The notes below the pieces were generated by a model. It saw only the letters and a list, made by a program, of their open reading frames with translations. It was not told the origin of the DNA and ran no database searches. Both the position numbers and the translations under genes were made by a program. 64,000 nucleotides of DNA from Haliea sp. Lineage in GTDB: Bacteria > Pseudomonadota > Gammaproteobacteria > Pseudomonadales > Halieaceae. Numbering within the stretch: position 1 is the stretch's first letter; every line of letters begins with the position of its first letter. The stretch lies in contig JADJAL010000031.1 of NCBI GenBank assembly GCA_016704305.1, forward strand, positions 148-64,147. The letters are read 5' to 3'. Positions 52,454 through 63,004 of the stretch are shown here, piece after piece.

Positions 52454-53848
52454 CTAATGTATATCGTCCATGAACATCACGCTGTTGCGGTGAAGCGAGG
52501 ATGGCCAGTTCGGTATGTTCAACGTGGTTTCGCCGGCGCCGCGCGCGACCAGCACGATCTCGATGGAGCCCGTGCCGTTGGCGCTGGGGATGAACATATC
52601 CAGAGCGGTCATGAAGGTGAGTTGGTTGAACGGAAACAACTCTCCTTTGTCCAGATCAGTCACGTTGTCGCCATCCTCATCGAATACGAATACGCCGATA
52701 TTCACGCCAGATCCCGCGCTCACGGCGCGCGGACTGATCTGTGGCGTCAATACATTCAGGCCATCGACGAACAGTTGATCGCTCGTCGCGCCCTGGTCGC
52801 CCCAGAACTCCTGTTGCCGCATCGCCACGAAGCCGGTTGAATCCTCCTCGGCAGGTATGAACGCCGAAATGCTCTCACCGGGCAAGCTGGACAACAGGCG
52901 CAGGAAATAGTTGTCATGCGTGTAGGGTGCAGCGTAAAAGTGGTGCACGGTTTCGTTGGGCTCCTTGTCGGTGGCGGGCCGCAGCAGCGCAAATTCATAG
53001 TGCCGATCACTGCTCAGCTCGACCGGGCCAAACGCGCCGGATGCTCCGATGGCGAAACTCGCCAAAGGTTCCGCAGCCAGTCGATGACCGGTCCCGGCCT
53101 CCAGCTCCCAGACCTGCACCGTGGTGCCCGCATAGCCCAGGTTTTCAGGGAAGAACACCGCGCGGCCGGCAACCTTGACCGTGCCGGAGCGCGACGGCAA
53201 CACGACTGTGGTCGTGGGCGCGACACCGGTCAAAAATTCGTACATCAGCGCGAACGATTCCGCAGCGGTCGCGGTTTCAGTGTGGGATTTATCGGGAAAA
53301 TGGAAGTTGCTCGCGGGATCGGGACCGATCTGCGAATTGCTGTTGTCGTCACTCAGGTTATAACCGCTATTGGCCGTGTTCCACTCGCCCCAGATGCCGA
53401 TGGTGGGCACGCCGCCGGGCAATTCCTCGGGCGCGCGCCCGTCGATATTCACATAGCGTGCGACCTTGTCCGGGCCGGAAAATGCGGGGTCGTCCAGGTA
53501 ACTCGTCCACACAAAAGTGCCGCGCGAGTGGCCTACCGCGTAGACCTGCTCCGCGCCGGTTTGCGCCAGCACCGTGTCGATAAACGCATCCAGCGCGGCA
53601 ATGGGGTTTTCTGACAGTGCGGTGTTGTACTCGAACGCGAACAGCATCTCCTGGGGATAGCCGTTGCTGGTAAAGCGCATGGCCTGCGTTTCAAACTGTT
53701 GCGCCGATCCTGACTGGCCGTGGACGAAAACAATCGGCATGACGTGGGGCTGCGGTTGGTCGTTATCGGAGCTGTTCGAGCAACCCGATTGGACAAAGAC
53801 CAGGCCTATGGCTACGAAGGCGCTCGCGAGGCTTCTCAGAATCTGCAT
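52454..53848 (-). CDS. Alpha/beta-hydrolase (lipase-like) lipoprotein
   Basis: QSGC lipobox, PIVFVHG, GHSRG nucleophile elbow, HTETAT. Confidence 0.8.
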   Translation of the reverse strand: MQILRSLASAFVAIGLVFVQSGCSNSSDNDQPQPHVMPIVFVHGQSGSAQQFETQAMRFTSNGYPQEMLFAFEYNTALSENPIAALDAFIDTVLAQTGAEQVYAVGHSRGTFVWTSYLDDPAFSGPDKVARYVNIDGRAPEELPGGVPTIGIWGEWNTANSGYNLSDDNSNSQIGPDPASNFHFPDKSHTETATAAESFALMYEFLTGVAPTTTVVLPSRSGTVKVAGRAVFFPENLGYAGTTVQVWELEAGTGHRLAAEPLASFAIGASGAFGPVELSSDRHYEFALLRPATDKEPNETVHHFYAAPYTHDNYFLRLLSSLPGESISAFIPAEEDSTGFVAMRQQEFWGDQGATSDQLFVDGLNVLTPQISPRAVSAGSGVNIGVFVFDEDGDNVTDLDKGELFPFNQLTFMTALDMFIPSANGTGSIEIVLVARGAGETTLNIPNWPSSLHRNSVMFMDDIH

Positions 53849-54042
53849 GGGCGATTGCTCCTTTTATTTATTGTATGGATCACAGCTCAGCCAGAGCTCA
53901 GGAGTATCGCATTCCGCTCGCATGTTGTCATTTTCCGGGACAAATCCCCGGCACAAATGCGGCCCAAAAAGAGTGTGAATTTCGCGGAACAGCCCTTATA
54001 GTCTGTTGTCCTATACCTTCCCTTTTGCCATCAAATTTAGTT

Positions 54043-55381
54043 ATGAATGACAGATTGAAAATACTGCTTCTCCTCGTTATAGGCGCGCTGTTCCAGACCG
54101 GCTGTGGCACTGAAGCCGCGTATAACGAGGAAAGTTTTTCCAGCGACAGCCCGTTCAAGCTGAGAGTCGATGGCGACATCGAAGCGGCCTGCGAAAGCGC
54201 GCGTCGGTCCCTGCTCGGGCAGGGTTACCTGATAGACCTCGCCAGCAGCGAGGAGGTCAAGGGCCGCAAGGCTGCGAGGGTAGAAGGCCAACAGAACGCC
54301 TTTATCGAGATGACAGTCGTATGCGTGCCCGAGCGCGGTGGCAGCACCGTTTTTGCCACCGGCGTGCTCAGCACCTATGACCTGAAGAAAAACAGCAGCT
54401 CCGCCAGTGTCGGCCTCAGTGCGCTGGGCTCCATATCGCTCCCCATCGGGCAGAGTGTCGATTCCCTGGTCAAAGTCTCGGAGCAGACGATTGATGACAA
54501 GGAATTCTACAAGCGTTTTTTCAGCGCAGTCGAAACCATACTGGGTGAGATGCGTATCCGCGAAGCAGACGATGATCCGGCTACAGAGCCTGCACAGGAG
54601 AGCACAGCGCAGGAAGCGGGCCAGCCGGTAGCCCAGCCCAGGATCTGGCCAGAGCTGTTTCCCGAGCAGAGCGCATCCGCGCAGGAGATCTGCGCAGGAC
54701 GCATCCGCGCAGGACGCATCCGCGCAGGACGCATCTGCGGTTACGCCCCCGCCTTCCGCAGAGCAGGCAGCGCCCGAAGCCGTGCCAGCGGTGGCTCCTG
54801 CCCCGGTGGCGCCGGTAACCGCGCCCGAGGTGGCTCCTGTCCCGGTGGCGCCAGTAACCGCTCCCGAAGTGTCCCCTGCGCCGGTGGCCGTTCCGGAGCC
54901 TGCCCCGCAGGTAGCGCCTGTAGTGATAGCGCCAACGCCCGCGCCAGAGGCGCCTGCGCCCGCGCCCGCTCCGGAGGCTCAGCCATCTCCAATTCCACCG
55001 ACACCCACTGTGAATGAAGCGCTGCCCGGGATTGCGCCGACACCTGCTTTGAACGAGGCGTCGCCGGCGGTTGTGCCGGCGCCTGCCGTGAGCGAGGCGC
55101 CGGCCGCGATTGCGCCGCCGCCTGTCGCAGTTGAAGCGCCTGCGGAAGTGATGCCGACAGCTGTCCCGGACGCGGCGCCGGTCGCGATGGAGCCAGCTGT
55201 ATCGTCCGCGCCGGCAACATCCACCGTCGCGGCGCCGGAGCTGGCCCCCGTGCAGGTGACGGCGGTGCGAAAAACCACCCCGGTACCTGCTGTCGAGCCA
55301 CAGTCAGCGCCAGCAGTTGCGCCGCAAGATCCATCAATCGCGCCGCAAGATCCCGCAACCAAAATCAACGGTCTTTTCTAA
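54043..55381 (+). CDS. DUF2242-family lipoprotein with a long Pro/Ala/Val/Glu-rich C-terminal stalk; frameshift near 54688
   Basis: QTGC lipobox, ACESARRSLLGQGY, SASVGLSALGSISLPI, VKVSEQTI.D..FY..FF. Low-complexity ORF 54782..55381 continues it. Confidence 0.78.
54673..54875 (+). repeat. Coding tandem repeats: 15-bp (gcgcaggacgcatcc, AQDAS) and about 33-bp (VAPxPVAPVTAPE)
   Basis: 15-mers at about 54692-54736; gtggctcctg.cccggtggcgcc.gtaaccgc.cccga twice at about 54791-54868. Confidence 0.8.
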
Positions 55382-55470
55382 CAGCGACGCGTTCGGCCTG
55401 GTCTACGGTCCCCGCACGGCTCCCTGCGGGCCGTGGAAGCTAAACTGCCGCAGTGCGAATATTGGACGGC

Positions 55471-56706
55471 CTAATAGCCGTAGCGACGCCTGATAGCCGC
55501 AAAGCGCTCGTGCAGCTGCGCCAGCCGTTCTTGCGCCGAAACGGTTGCCGTATCGTCGGGCAGTGCGCCGGCCAATCCCTGCAATTTCACTGTCTTTGTG
55601 CTAAATGCCGTGGTCGTAGTGCTCAGCAGGTTGCGATACGTAACGTTGCCGCGCACCAGGCCCTGCGTGTCCAGCCAGTTGTGATAGCCGGGGTCCCGGT
55701 GGCACAGGATCAGCCGCACCTTGCCATCGCTATTCACAGTTGTACGAGCGGGGGTGTAACTCACCGGGCGGTACAGGTAATCGAGGCTGTTAAAAAACAC
55801 CCCTGCGTTGGAGATCATCCAGAAACTGTCCGGCGCCTCGAACTCAATAATCAACGCGTCGTCTTCCTGCAGCTCCCAGCACATATGCGCGATCGCGCGT
55901 CCACGGCGCTGGTCGGCCGCGTCGCTCTGCTGCGCAGGGTCGGGCGGAAAGCGGTTGACGTTGGCGGGATCGACGAACGGACTGTAGTGGTAGGGATGGT
56001 CCGGCCAGTCATCCATCAGCGCGACGACAAACCGTCCTGCCCACTCCATCGCCTCGATGAGCGCCTCCGGTGTGGGCGACGGTTTGGGTTCCTCCATGCC
56101 GACGCGCTCGATGTTCAGGCGCGCGGGCAGTTCATCCCAGCGATCAAAACCCTGGCGCAAAAACAGTTTGCGCGTATTGGGCGTGCTCGGCAGCCAGTTG
56201 GGGCCGCGCTCGGGGCCGCCGATGTACAGCTCGAAGTTGCCGTGCTCGTCGGTGGCGAGCTGGTGCCCGAACAGGTTGGCCTCGGGAATATCGCCAAATG
56301 GATCGTGCAGGCTGGGCCAGTCGGTGCCCGGCTGCTTGTCCGGGCGCTGGCCCTGCACTGTGAAATTGATAAAGCGCGCGCTGCCGCGATTGCCGGAGAT
56401 GCGGTAGACCGACTGGCCGTCAATCCACGCCTGCAGGTAGAGGAAATCGGCGGCGTCACCGCCGAGTTTGCGCGTCGGTGTGCAAAACGGGTGCAGCGCC
56501 GGGTAGCGTGTGTCGCGCGTCTCCAGCGCCAGGTCAAACGCCTGCCCGAGATTCTGCGTCAGGAAGCGGAACGCGTCGACGCGGTGTGCGGGTGTTGCCG
56601 GGTTGTAGTCCTTGAACACGCGATCACCGGCCGCCTCCAGATTCCTGCAGAACGCTTTCCAGGCGTCCTGCAACGGCAGGTCAGAGGGCTCGTCACCGAA
56701 TGCCAC
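55471..56706 (-). CDS. DUF1214-domain protein
   Basis: AWKAFC..LE.AG, RKLGGD.AD..Y.QA.IDG..VYRISG.RG, FELYIGG, GYHNWLDT.G. Confidence 0.8.
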   Translation of the reverse strand: MAFGDEPSDLPLQDAWKAFCRNLEAAGDRVFKDYNPATPAHRVDAFRFLTQNLGQAFDLALETRDTRYPALHPFCTPTRKLGGDAADFLYLQAWIDGQSVYRISGNRGSARFINFTVQGQRPDKQPGTDWPSLHDPFGDIPEANLFGHQLATDEHGNFELYIGGPERGPNWLPSTPNTRKLFLRQGFDRWDELPARLNIERVGMEEPKPSPTPEALIEAMEWAGRFVVALMDDWPDHPYHYSPFVDPANVNRFPPDPAQQSDAADQRRGRAIAHMCWELQEDDALIIEFEAPDSFWMISNAGVFFNSLDYLYRPVSYTPARTTVNSDGKVRLILCHRDPGYHNWLDTQGLVRGNVTYRNLLSTTTTAFSTKTVKLQGLAGALPDDTATVSAQERLAQLHERFAAIRRRYGY

Positions 56707-56739
56707 TGGCGTGCTTCCCGGCGTCTTGCGTTGTGCGTT

Positions 56740-57590
56740 GTGGGTACATTGGTGTGTTGGCTCCCGCGACTACCGATCAGGCCCAGTGCATTCAACATGC
56801 CGCTGAGGTTGGCGACAGCCCGCTGCGCCGCCTGCAGATTGCCCTCCTGTTCAATGCGCGGGCCCAGCAATTCCAGGTCGAAGGCGCCTTCGTAGCCGGC
56901 ATCCAGCAGCCATTGCAGCAGGGTCGGCAGTGGTATCGCGCCGTCTCCCGGCACCGCGCGCGACGGTAGTGAGCGATCCCCCAGTACGTAATCGCTGACC
57001 TGCACCAGGTGGCAGCGCGGCACGGCGAGCTCAATCAGTGACTTGAGATCGGCCTCGGTCCAGCAGCCGCATATATCGATGCACACGCCGATGCCGGCGA
57101 GCTCGGCCAGCGTGATCGTGTCGCGCAATGTGTGGGCGATATGCAGGTCCGCGTACTGCGGCGGCGCGTTTTCAATCATCAGCGCGATGCCGGCCCGGTG
57201 CGCCTCGTCGACGCAGGGTGCTATCGCATTGGCAAACGCCTTGGCCGCCTGCTCCCAGCTTAACGCGCCGCGCCCGCCGGTGGTCATGTAAATCGACTTC
57301 GCGCCCAGTTGCTTTGCCGTGGCAATGCGGGCGGACAGGTTGGCGCGCGCCTGCGCCAGAATGCCGTCGTCCGAATCGAGCGGGTGCGCGGACGAGAACG
57401 GGTGCACGACCGTTTCCAACTGGAAGTTTCCGGCCGCCAGCGCGGCCTGCACCAATGCCCCGCTCTCGCCGTCCAGTTGCGGCCCGAGCACGCTGAAGCG
57501 TTTGGCGCCGATCAGCGGCCAATACGCGAGCTGCTGGCTGATCTCCTCGCGCATGAAGCAAATGTTGTTCATCGAGACTCTGGGGTGCAT
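56740..57590 (-). CDS. Sugar-phosphate isomerase/epimerase (xylose-isomerase-like TIM barrel); 3' end uncertain
   Basis: LMIE, IDI..CW.E, LVQVSD, RAVPGDG.IP, FDLELLG. As sequenced it runs about 150 bp into the next gene. Confidence 0.8.
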
Positions 57591-57625
57591 GTGGTGGATC
57601 TCCTGTACGCGAGTAAATACCTGCG

Positions 57626-58822
57626 CTACGCGTGGCGCTGTTCGATGCGCTGTTCGATGGTAAGGTCAAAGCGCTGTCGATACGGGGCGAACTCGCGGTG
57701 TAGTTCGTCGATGTCGACGCCGATCATAGCGGTGGAATACACGAACTTGCCATAGCGATCGCCGCGGTTGTTTTTCAGGTAGTCGCGCATCGCCTGCTCG
57801 CCCGCGCCAGACAGGCTGATGCCGGCAAAGGCATAGAACCTGGCGATGGTGGCGACCGGGTCGGCAACAAAGTCGCTATAGCGCACATGTAGAATCCGCG
57901 CATCGTCCACCAGCGGGTTGTCCAACGTAGAGCGAATGCCTGCGCGGGTCGCCGCCAGGTGAATGGCCGCCTGTTCCTCCACGTTGACGCGGCCGGAAAA
58001 TGCCCTGGTTAGCGTCGCTGCCATTGCAATGCGAGACGCGGTGACCTGCACGGGATCGCGGTGAATCCAGATCAGGCGGGCATCGGGATAGGTATCGAAA
58101 AACGCCTGCAGGCGCGGCCCGTGAAAGCCTTTCAGTGCCCAGCGCTTTTTCGGCTGTCCAGCATGATCGCCATGCTGGCAGTGCTGCAGCATCATCCGGT
58201 GAATGCGGTATTGCGCGTGGGCGTCGGTAGGCAGCCCGCCGACGAACATGCCAATCGGCGCCCGCCACCACGCCGTTGGCGTCAGCACCCGAAAATCGAA
58301 GGCCCAGGTGCGCTCGCACTCCGGCAGGCCATTGCCGAGCATGTCGTTGTAGGGATGGATTTTCAGCCAGTCGGGCGCGATGGCGTTGATCTCGCGCCAG
58401 TCCGCGTCGGCGCGCGCGCGGCGCGGATCGTCAGCAGCTGCCAGGCCAGGCACGGGCGAGGGATACATCACTTCCCAGAAGCGCAGCGAGCGCGAATCCG
58501 GGTCCACCGACAGCAGCGCGTGCAGCAAGGTCGTGCCGGAACGCGGTTCGCCGGTTACGAACAGCGGCCTGTCGATGACCTCAGCGGCCAGCCCGGGCGT
58601 TCGCTTGTGGTCCTCAAAAAACTGCAGGCGCGAGGTGAGCAGCCCGTGGCAGATCGCGGCGGCAGCCCGTTGCCCTTCGGATGTCATGTTGATTTTGCGC
58701 AGTTGCTCGACGGCGAGCGCGAAGCGTTCAGGGAGAGTATCGTCGCCGAAATCAGTGAGGCCGGTGTGCTGCCGGGCCTCGCGCAGCAGGTATTCGGCAT
58801 CCAGTATTGCGCGTTCCGCCAC
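57626..58822 (-). CDS. Sulfotransferase (mycobacterial Stf-like)
   Basis: RPLFVTGEPRSGTTLLH (5'-PAPS loop), WALKG.H, IWIHRDP, VRYSDFVADP. Confidence 0.9.
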   Translation of the reverse strand: MAERAILDAEYLLREARQHTGLTDFGDDTLPERFALAVEQLRKINMTSEGQRAAAAICHGLLTSRLQFFEDHKRTPGLAAEVIDRPLFVTGEPRSGTTLLHALLSVDPDSRSLRFWEVMYPSPVPGLAAADDPRRARADADWREINAIAPDWLKIHPYNDMLGNGLPECERTWAFDFRVLTPTAWWRAPIGMFVGGLPTDAHAQYRIHRMMLQHCQHGDHAGQPKKRWALKGFHGPRLQAFFDTYPDARLIWIHRDPVQVTASRIAMAATLTRAFSGRVNVEEQAAIHLAATRAGIRSTLDNPLVDDARILHVRYSDFVADPVATIARFYAFAGISLSGAGEQAMRDYLKNNRGDRYGKFVYSTAMIGVDIDELHREFAPYRQRFDLTIEQRIEQRHA

Positions 58823-58825
58823 CGC

Positions 58826-59944
58826 TTATTGCCCGCACAGCTTCAGCAGTTCATCCTCGGTGGCCCGCACTTTGGCCGCTGACAGCGCGCCGTACTTGAG
58901 CCCCGCCATGCCGCCGTAGTCGAGGATCTTGGGGACGCGCAGACCGGCATCGACAAACGCCTTGATCTGTTTCGCGACCTGCTGCGGCGTACCGTGAGGC
59001 AGCACGGCGAGGATCGCCTCGGGCTCCACTTTCGCCAGCATCTCAAGCACGCGCTCGCGGGTGAGCACGCCTGGATCGATATCCTGGAAGCCGCCCCAGT
59101 TCTCGCCCATCGGGTGCTTGAAGCCGAACGCCTTCAGCGCCGACGCGGAAATCTGCAGAATCCAGGATTTGATCAGCGGCGCCTGCAGGATTTCCTGTAG
59201 CTCACTTTCGTCGCCAATCAGGCAGGTCATGATGAACGCGGGCACGATCCCCGTCGGGTCGCGTCCGGCCTCGTCCGCCGCGGTGCGTATCACCTTCAGC
59301 TTCGCCGCATAGTCCTCCGGTGTCCACGCGCCGGCAGGCCACCAGCCGTCGGCATAGCGCCCGGTGAGTTGCAGCATGCGCGGGCCGCTGGCGCCGATCC
59401 AGATTTTGGGATAGCGGCCCCGGTAGGGTTCGGTGTCCATGCGCGCGTGATGCAACTGGTAGAACTCGCCGCTGAAATCCACCGGCCAATCGCTGTCCCA
59501 CAGCAGGCGGATCACCTTCAGCGACTCTTCGAAGCGGCTGACGGGCCGCGCGTAGTCAAAGCCATACGGCACGGTGTTCTCGCTCTCGCCGCTGCCGACA
59601 CCGAGGATGAAGCGCCCACCGGACAGATGGTCGATGGTCAGCGCCGTCTGCGCGAGCGACGAGGGATGCCGGCGCACCGTATCGACCACGCTGCTGGCGA
59701 TCGGCACATTCTTGGTCAGCACGGCGGCCGCCGCCGCTACCGCCAGCCCGTCCAGGTGCCGGTGCGGCGAGGGCGATATCGTTGCCAGCTCGGTAAATTC
59801 CGGCGTCCAGATCGAGTCCGGCCAGAAGCTCACCATGTGATCCGGCAACCAGATGGAATGGTAGCGACCGCTGTCCAGCACATCGAGCTGGCTCAGGTCG
59901 AACGGCAGGGTGGTGCGCAAAAACGCGGCAGGCTGGACTTTCAT
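58826..59944 (-). CDS. LLM-class flavin/deazaflavin oxidoreductase, Rv2951c (phthiodiolone ketoreductase)-like
   Basis: WLPDH, RRHP..LAQ, GRFILGVGSGE.EN..PYG, PVSRFEE.L..IR.LW, PYRG..P.IW, GPRML..TGRYADGW. Confidence 0.85.
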   Translation of the reverse strand: MKVQPAAFLRTTLPFDLSQLDVLDSGRYHSIWLPDHMVSFWPDSIWTPEFTELATISPSPHRHLDGLAVAAAAAVLTKNVPIASSVVDTVRRHPSSLAQTALTIDHLSGGRFILGVGSGESENTVPYGFDYARPVSRFEESLKVIRLLWDSDWPVDFSGEFYQLHHARMDTEPYRGRYPKIWIGASGPRMLQLTGRYADGWWPAGAWTPEDYAAKLKVIRTAADEAGRDPTGIVPAFIMTCLIGDESELQEILQAPLIKSWILQISASALKAFGFKHPMGENWGGFQDIDPGVLTRERVLEMLAKVEPEAILAVLPHGTPQQVAKQIKAFVDAGLRVPKILDYGGMAGLKYGALSAAKVRATEDELLKLCGQ

Positions 59945-60360
59945 GCCTTGTTCTGCGCTGATGTCATATCCAGCCGCAGGCGGGTCAACACCAGCGTTCG
60001 AATACGCCAGTGGTTGCCAATCTTCGCGTAGGTCTCGGTGTAGTGGCCGAAACCATGCAGCTCGCGGCCATCGGGCCAGCGCAGCATGTCCTCCATCGCC
60101 CAGATGCCGTTCGCGGTCGTGGGTGAGGTCAGTTCTATTTCCGGCATATGGCCGTGATGCACGGTCAGCACGTCGCCGATAACGCTCTGCAGGAAGCTGA
60201 CGCAGTTGTCGGCCCCGGTAATCACGCTGCCGCCAGAGGCGGTTGAATCCATCACCACGTCATCGCAGAAGACCTGCCGCATAGCGGGCCAGTCCTTGGT
60301 ATCCATCGTGCGGAAGTAGCGCGCTTTTAGCTGCTTGATGGCCTCGATATCATCGTGCAT
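59941..60360 (-). CDS. NTF2 / SnoaL-like protein (BaiE/LinA type)
   Basis: DIEAIKQLKARYFR.MDTKDW, TVHHGHMPEI, GIWAMED, G.GHY.ETY. Confidence 0.9.
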   Translation of the reverse strand: MHDDIEAIKQLKARYFRTMDTKDWPAMRQVFCDDVVMDSTASGGSVITGADNCVSFLQSVIGDVLTVHHGHMPEIELTSPTTANGIWAMEDMLRWPDGRELHGFGHYTETYAKIGNHWRIRTLVLTRLRLDMTSAQNKA

Positions 60361-60405
60361 CGGGAATGTCCTCGCTAATGTTCTCGCTACAGTGGCAGAG
60401 TGCGG

Positions 60406-61979
60406 TTACTGGCTGATCGCGTCGTAACAACTGCACGGGTCAACGGAATTCATGTCACACCAGACGGCACAGGATTCCACGGCTATCCAGTACACGAAAT
60501 CCATGTAGCGTATCTCCCCGCTCTGTTGTTTGACCGTGGATTTACCGTGGCAGGCGTTGCAGTTGGAACGCTCGTAGGACTCCATCGAGCTGTTGCCCAG
60601 GAACGGCCGGGTTTGGCCCTCGGGCGAGGAAACTGCTATTTGCGGCCGCTGCAGGGGCCGGCTGGTATTGCTGTCGGCAAATTCAGGCGCCGCGTTGGCA
60701 CAGCCGACCGGTGGCGTGGGGAATACAAACCACTGAGTTGATACCAGTTGATAGTTGCTCCACACGGATTGATCGCCCAGCAGTCCGGCAAAGGTGTTAT
60801 TCCACTGGTCTGCGGTGGGGTAGTTCTCCGCCAGTGGCACCTGGCGGCACAGCTGCGATTTTCCCGCGACGCTGGCCGGCGGTTGATCCAGGCACCAGCC
60901 AACCTGATCCTGGCCCGGCTCCGTGACGCACACGCTCAGTGGGTCGTTGGTAGCGGGGCTGATATTGCACTCGGCACAACTGCCGTCCGCGCAGTCCGGC
61001 GCGGTAAAGTGGTAATTCTGCGCCAGCGTGCTGGCCCCGGGACAGTTGGGATTTACCGTGGGGCCGTTGCCCTGCGATCCCGCTGGCGGCAGTCCGCCAC
61101 AATCCGGCGCGTTGTCCTTGTGTTCAAACGTCGACCACGTCCAGCTGGGCTGCTTCAGGGTTTTGTGCGCGATGTGCATGCCAACCAGAGCCATGGACTT
61201 AAGCTCGCAGGAAGCCGTGCCAGTGCTGCTGCGATAGGCGGGCGTGAACACCAGCAGATCTTCCCTGTGGTAATTCACGTTGGTGAGACCCTGCTCCATC
61301 CACGCCAGCTTCACTTCATAGGTGCCGGATCGTGGGTCGGCGGGATCACCGCCGGTATAGGATTCTTCGCCGCACAGGTTCGCGACGTCCTCGCTCATCG
61401 TGTACAGGTTGTTCCAGTCATAGTAGCGCTTGTCGACGGCGTGCTTGTAAAACGCCGGATTGACCAGGATTTCATAGCGCACAAAGCCACCCTGTGACGT
61501 AAGTACCGGTTGGTTCGACAGGCCGCCAGTCTGCGCTTCGAGAAACTGTCATCGGCTTTGTTCGCGTTATCGAGCACGCGGTACTGCGTATGATTTTCCA
61601 CCGCCTGGCATTCTGGCGGGTAGTAACGCGTGCCTGACCTGGCGCAATCGCCGTCCGGGCAGACGCAATCCTCATCGTCGAGGTTGCAGCGGATCAGGTC
61701 ATACGTAGAGGACCAGGCGCTGTATTGAGTTGGATTGTCACCGTACAGCGATACGCGCGCGCCGACTTCCGGCGCGTTCAATGCGAGAAACGTCTGCCAC
61801 GAATAGTGGTCGATGCCGATTTGCGTGTTGTCCGGAATATCGCCGGGCAACACATAGGCGAGTGCCGGGTCCGGGCTTGGGGCGTTCGGGTTATTGCTGT
61901 CGCTGCAGGCGGTCAGGAATGTGCCCGGCAGTGAGATCAGCAGGCAAGTGAGCAACAGCAAGGAAGATGATCGATTCAT
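60406..61979 (-). CDS. Cys-rich lipoprotein with one C-terminal CXXCH (putative monoheme cytochrome c); frameshift near 61545
   Basis: LTAC lipobox, YSWQTFLALN, LVGMHIAHKT, WTWSTFEH, NYQLVSTQW, NSSMESY...CNACH. Adding one T joins the two ORFs. Confidence 0.72.
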
Positions 61980-62205
61980 ATGATTCCCCTTCATTATTAG
62001 TGTGTCTTGATGCAGGAAAGCTGCCTGCGAACGCCGGGATATGCACAGGCAGTTTAACATCGTGTTTTATGACATGGCATGAATTCCTGCACGCCATCAC
62101 CACGCATCCATCGACATGCGACCACGTGAGTTGCAGGGTTATTTTGGCAGGCGCCGCGCATTGGGGAAGATTGATAATGCGCTACACGCGTTTCCTGGCT
62201 GCAAT

Positions 62206-62235
62206 TGATCTGAGTGGTCGCCGGCTGCGTATCTG
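62206..62235 (+). promoter_or_regulatory. ECF11 (RpoE/ChrR)-type promoter upstream of folE
   Basis: TGATCT (62206-62211), 18-nt spacer, TATCTG (62230-62235), including CGTA at the -10 position. Confidence 0.65.
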
Positions 62236-62286
62236 TCTATGTCCCCCAGCTTGTCGGCTAACGAACCCACCGCAAGGAATAACACT

Positions 62287-62967
62287 ATGGAACCGGCCCT
62301 GATCGAAAGTATTGTTACAACGCCCCTGGCGATATCGGATGACGCCAGGGCGGTGCGAGATGCGCTGGTCGCGCGCGGACTGGAGACGCCGCTTGTGTAT
62401 AACGGCTTGAGCCGGGACCAGAAATACCGCCGCATCAAGGAGTCATTTGCCGAGATCGCGCGCACCCTGGGTCTCGACCTGGCGGATGACAGCCTGAGCG
62501 AAACGCCGCACAGGATCGCCAAGATGTACGTGGACGAAATTTTCTCGGGTCTGGATTACGCCCACTTTCCCAAAGCCACCGCCATCGAAAACAAGATGGG
62601 CGTGGACGAGATGGTGAGGGTCAGCGAGATCGCCGTGGTAAGTACCTGTGAACACCATTTCATCACCATCGATGGCGTCGCCGACATTGCGTATATCCCG
62701 GCGGGAAAGATTATTGGCCTGTCGAAAATCAATCGCATCGTGCGGTTTTTCGCCCAGCGACCGCAGGTGCAGGAACGCCTGACACAGCAGGTGCTGGTGG
62801 CCCTGCAGACGCTGCTCGCGACCGAGGATGTCGCGGTGACGATCAACGCGACCCACTATTGCGTGAAGGCCAGGGGCGTGATGGACGCGAACTCCAAAAC
62901 CCGCACCTGTGCGCTGGGAGGCAGGTTCAAGACCGATCCGCTGACGCGTGCGGAATACACCGCCTGA
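62287..62967 (+). CDS. folE: GTP cyclohydrolase I
   Basis: [43 protein letters not shown]. Confidence 0.97.
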   Translation: MEPALIESIVTTPLAISDDARAVRDALVARGLETPLVYNGLSRDQKYRRIKESFAEIARTLGLDLADDSLSETPHRIAKMYVDEIFSGLDYAHFPKATAIENKMGVDEMVRVSEIAVVSTCEHHFITIDGVADIAYIPAGKIIGLSKINRIVRFFAQRPQVQERLTQQVLVALQTLLATEDVAVTINATHYCVKARGVMDANSKTRTCALGGRFKTDPLTRAEYTA

Positions 62968-63004
62968 GGCGTGTAATCCCCGTTCCTTCGCGTTGAGGGC
63001 AAGC

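Noticed and set aside
62000-62287. folE / THF riboswitch
   Set aside because: No recognisable aptamer structure by eye, and the predicted ECF11 promoter leaves too short a leader. An Infernal/Rfam scan would settle it.
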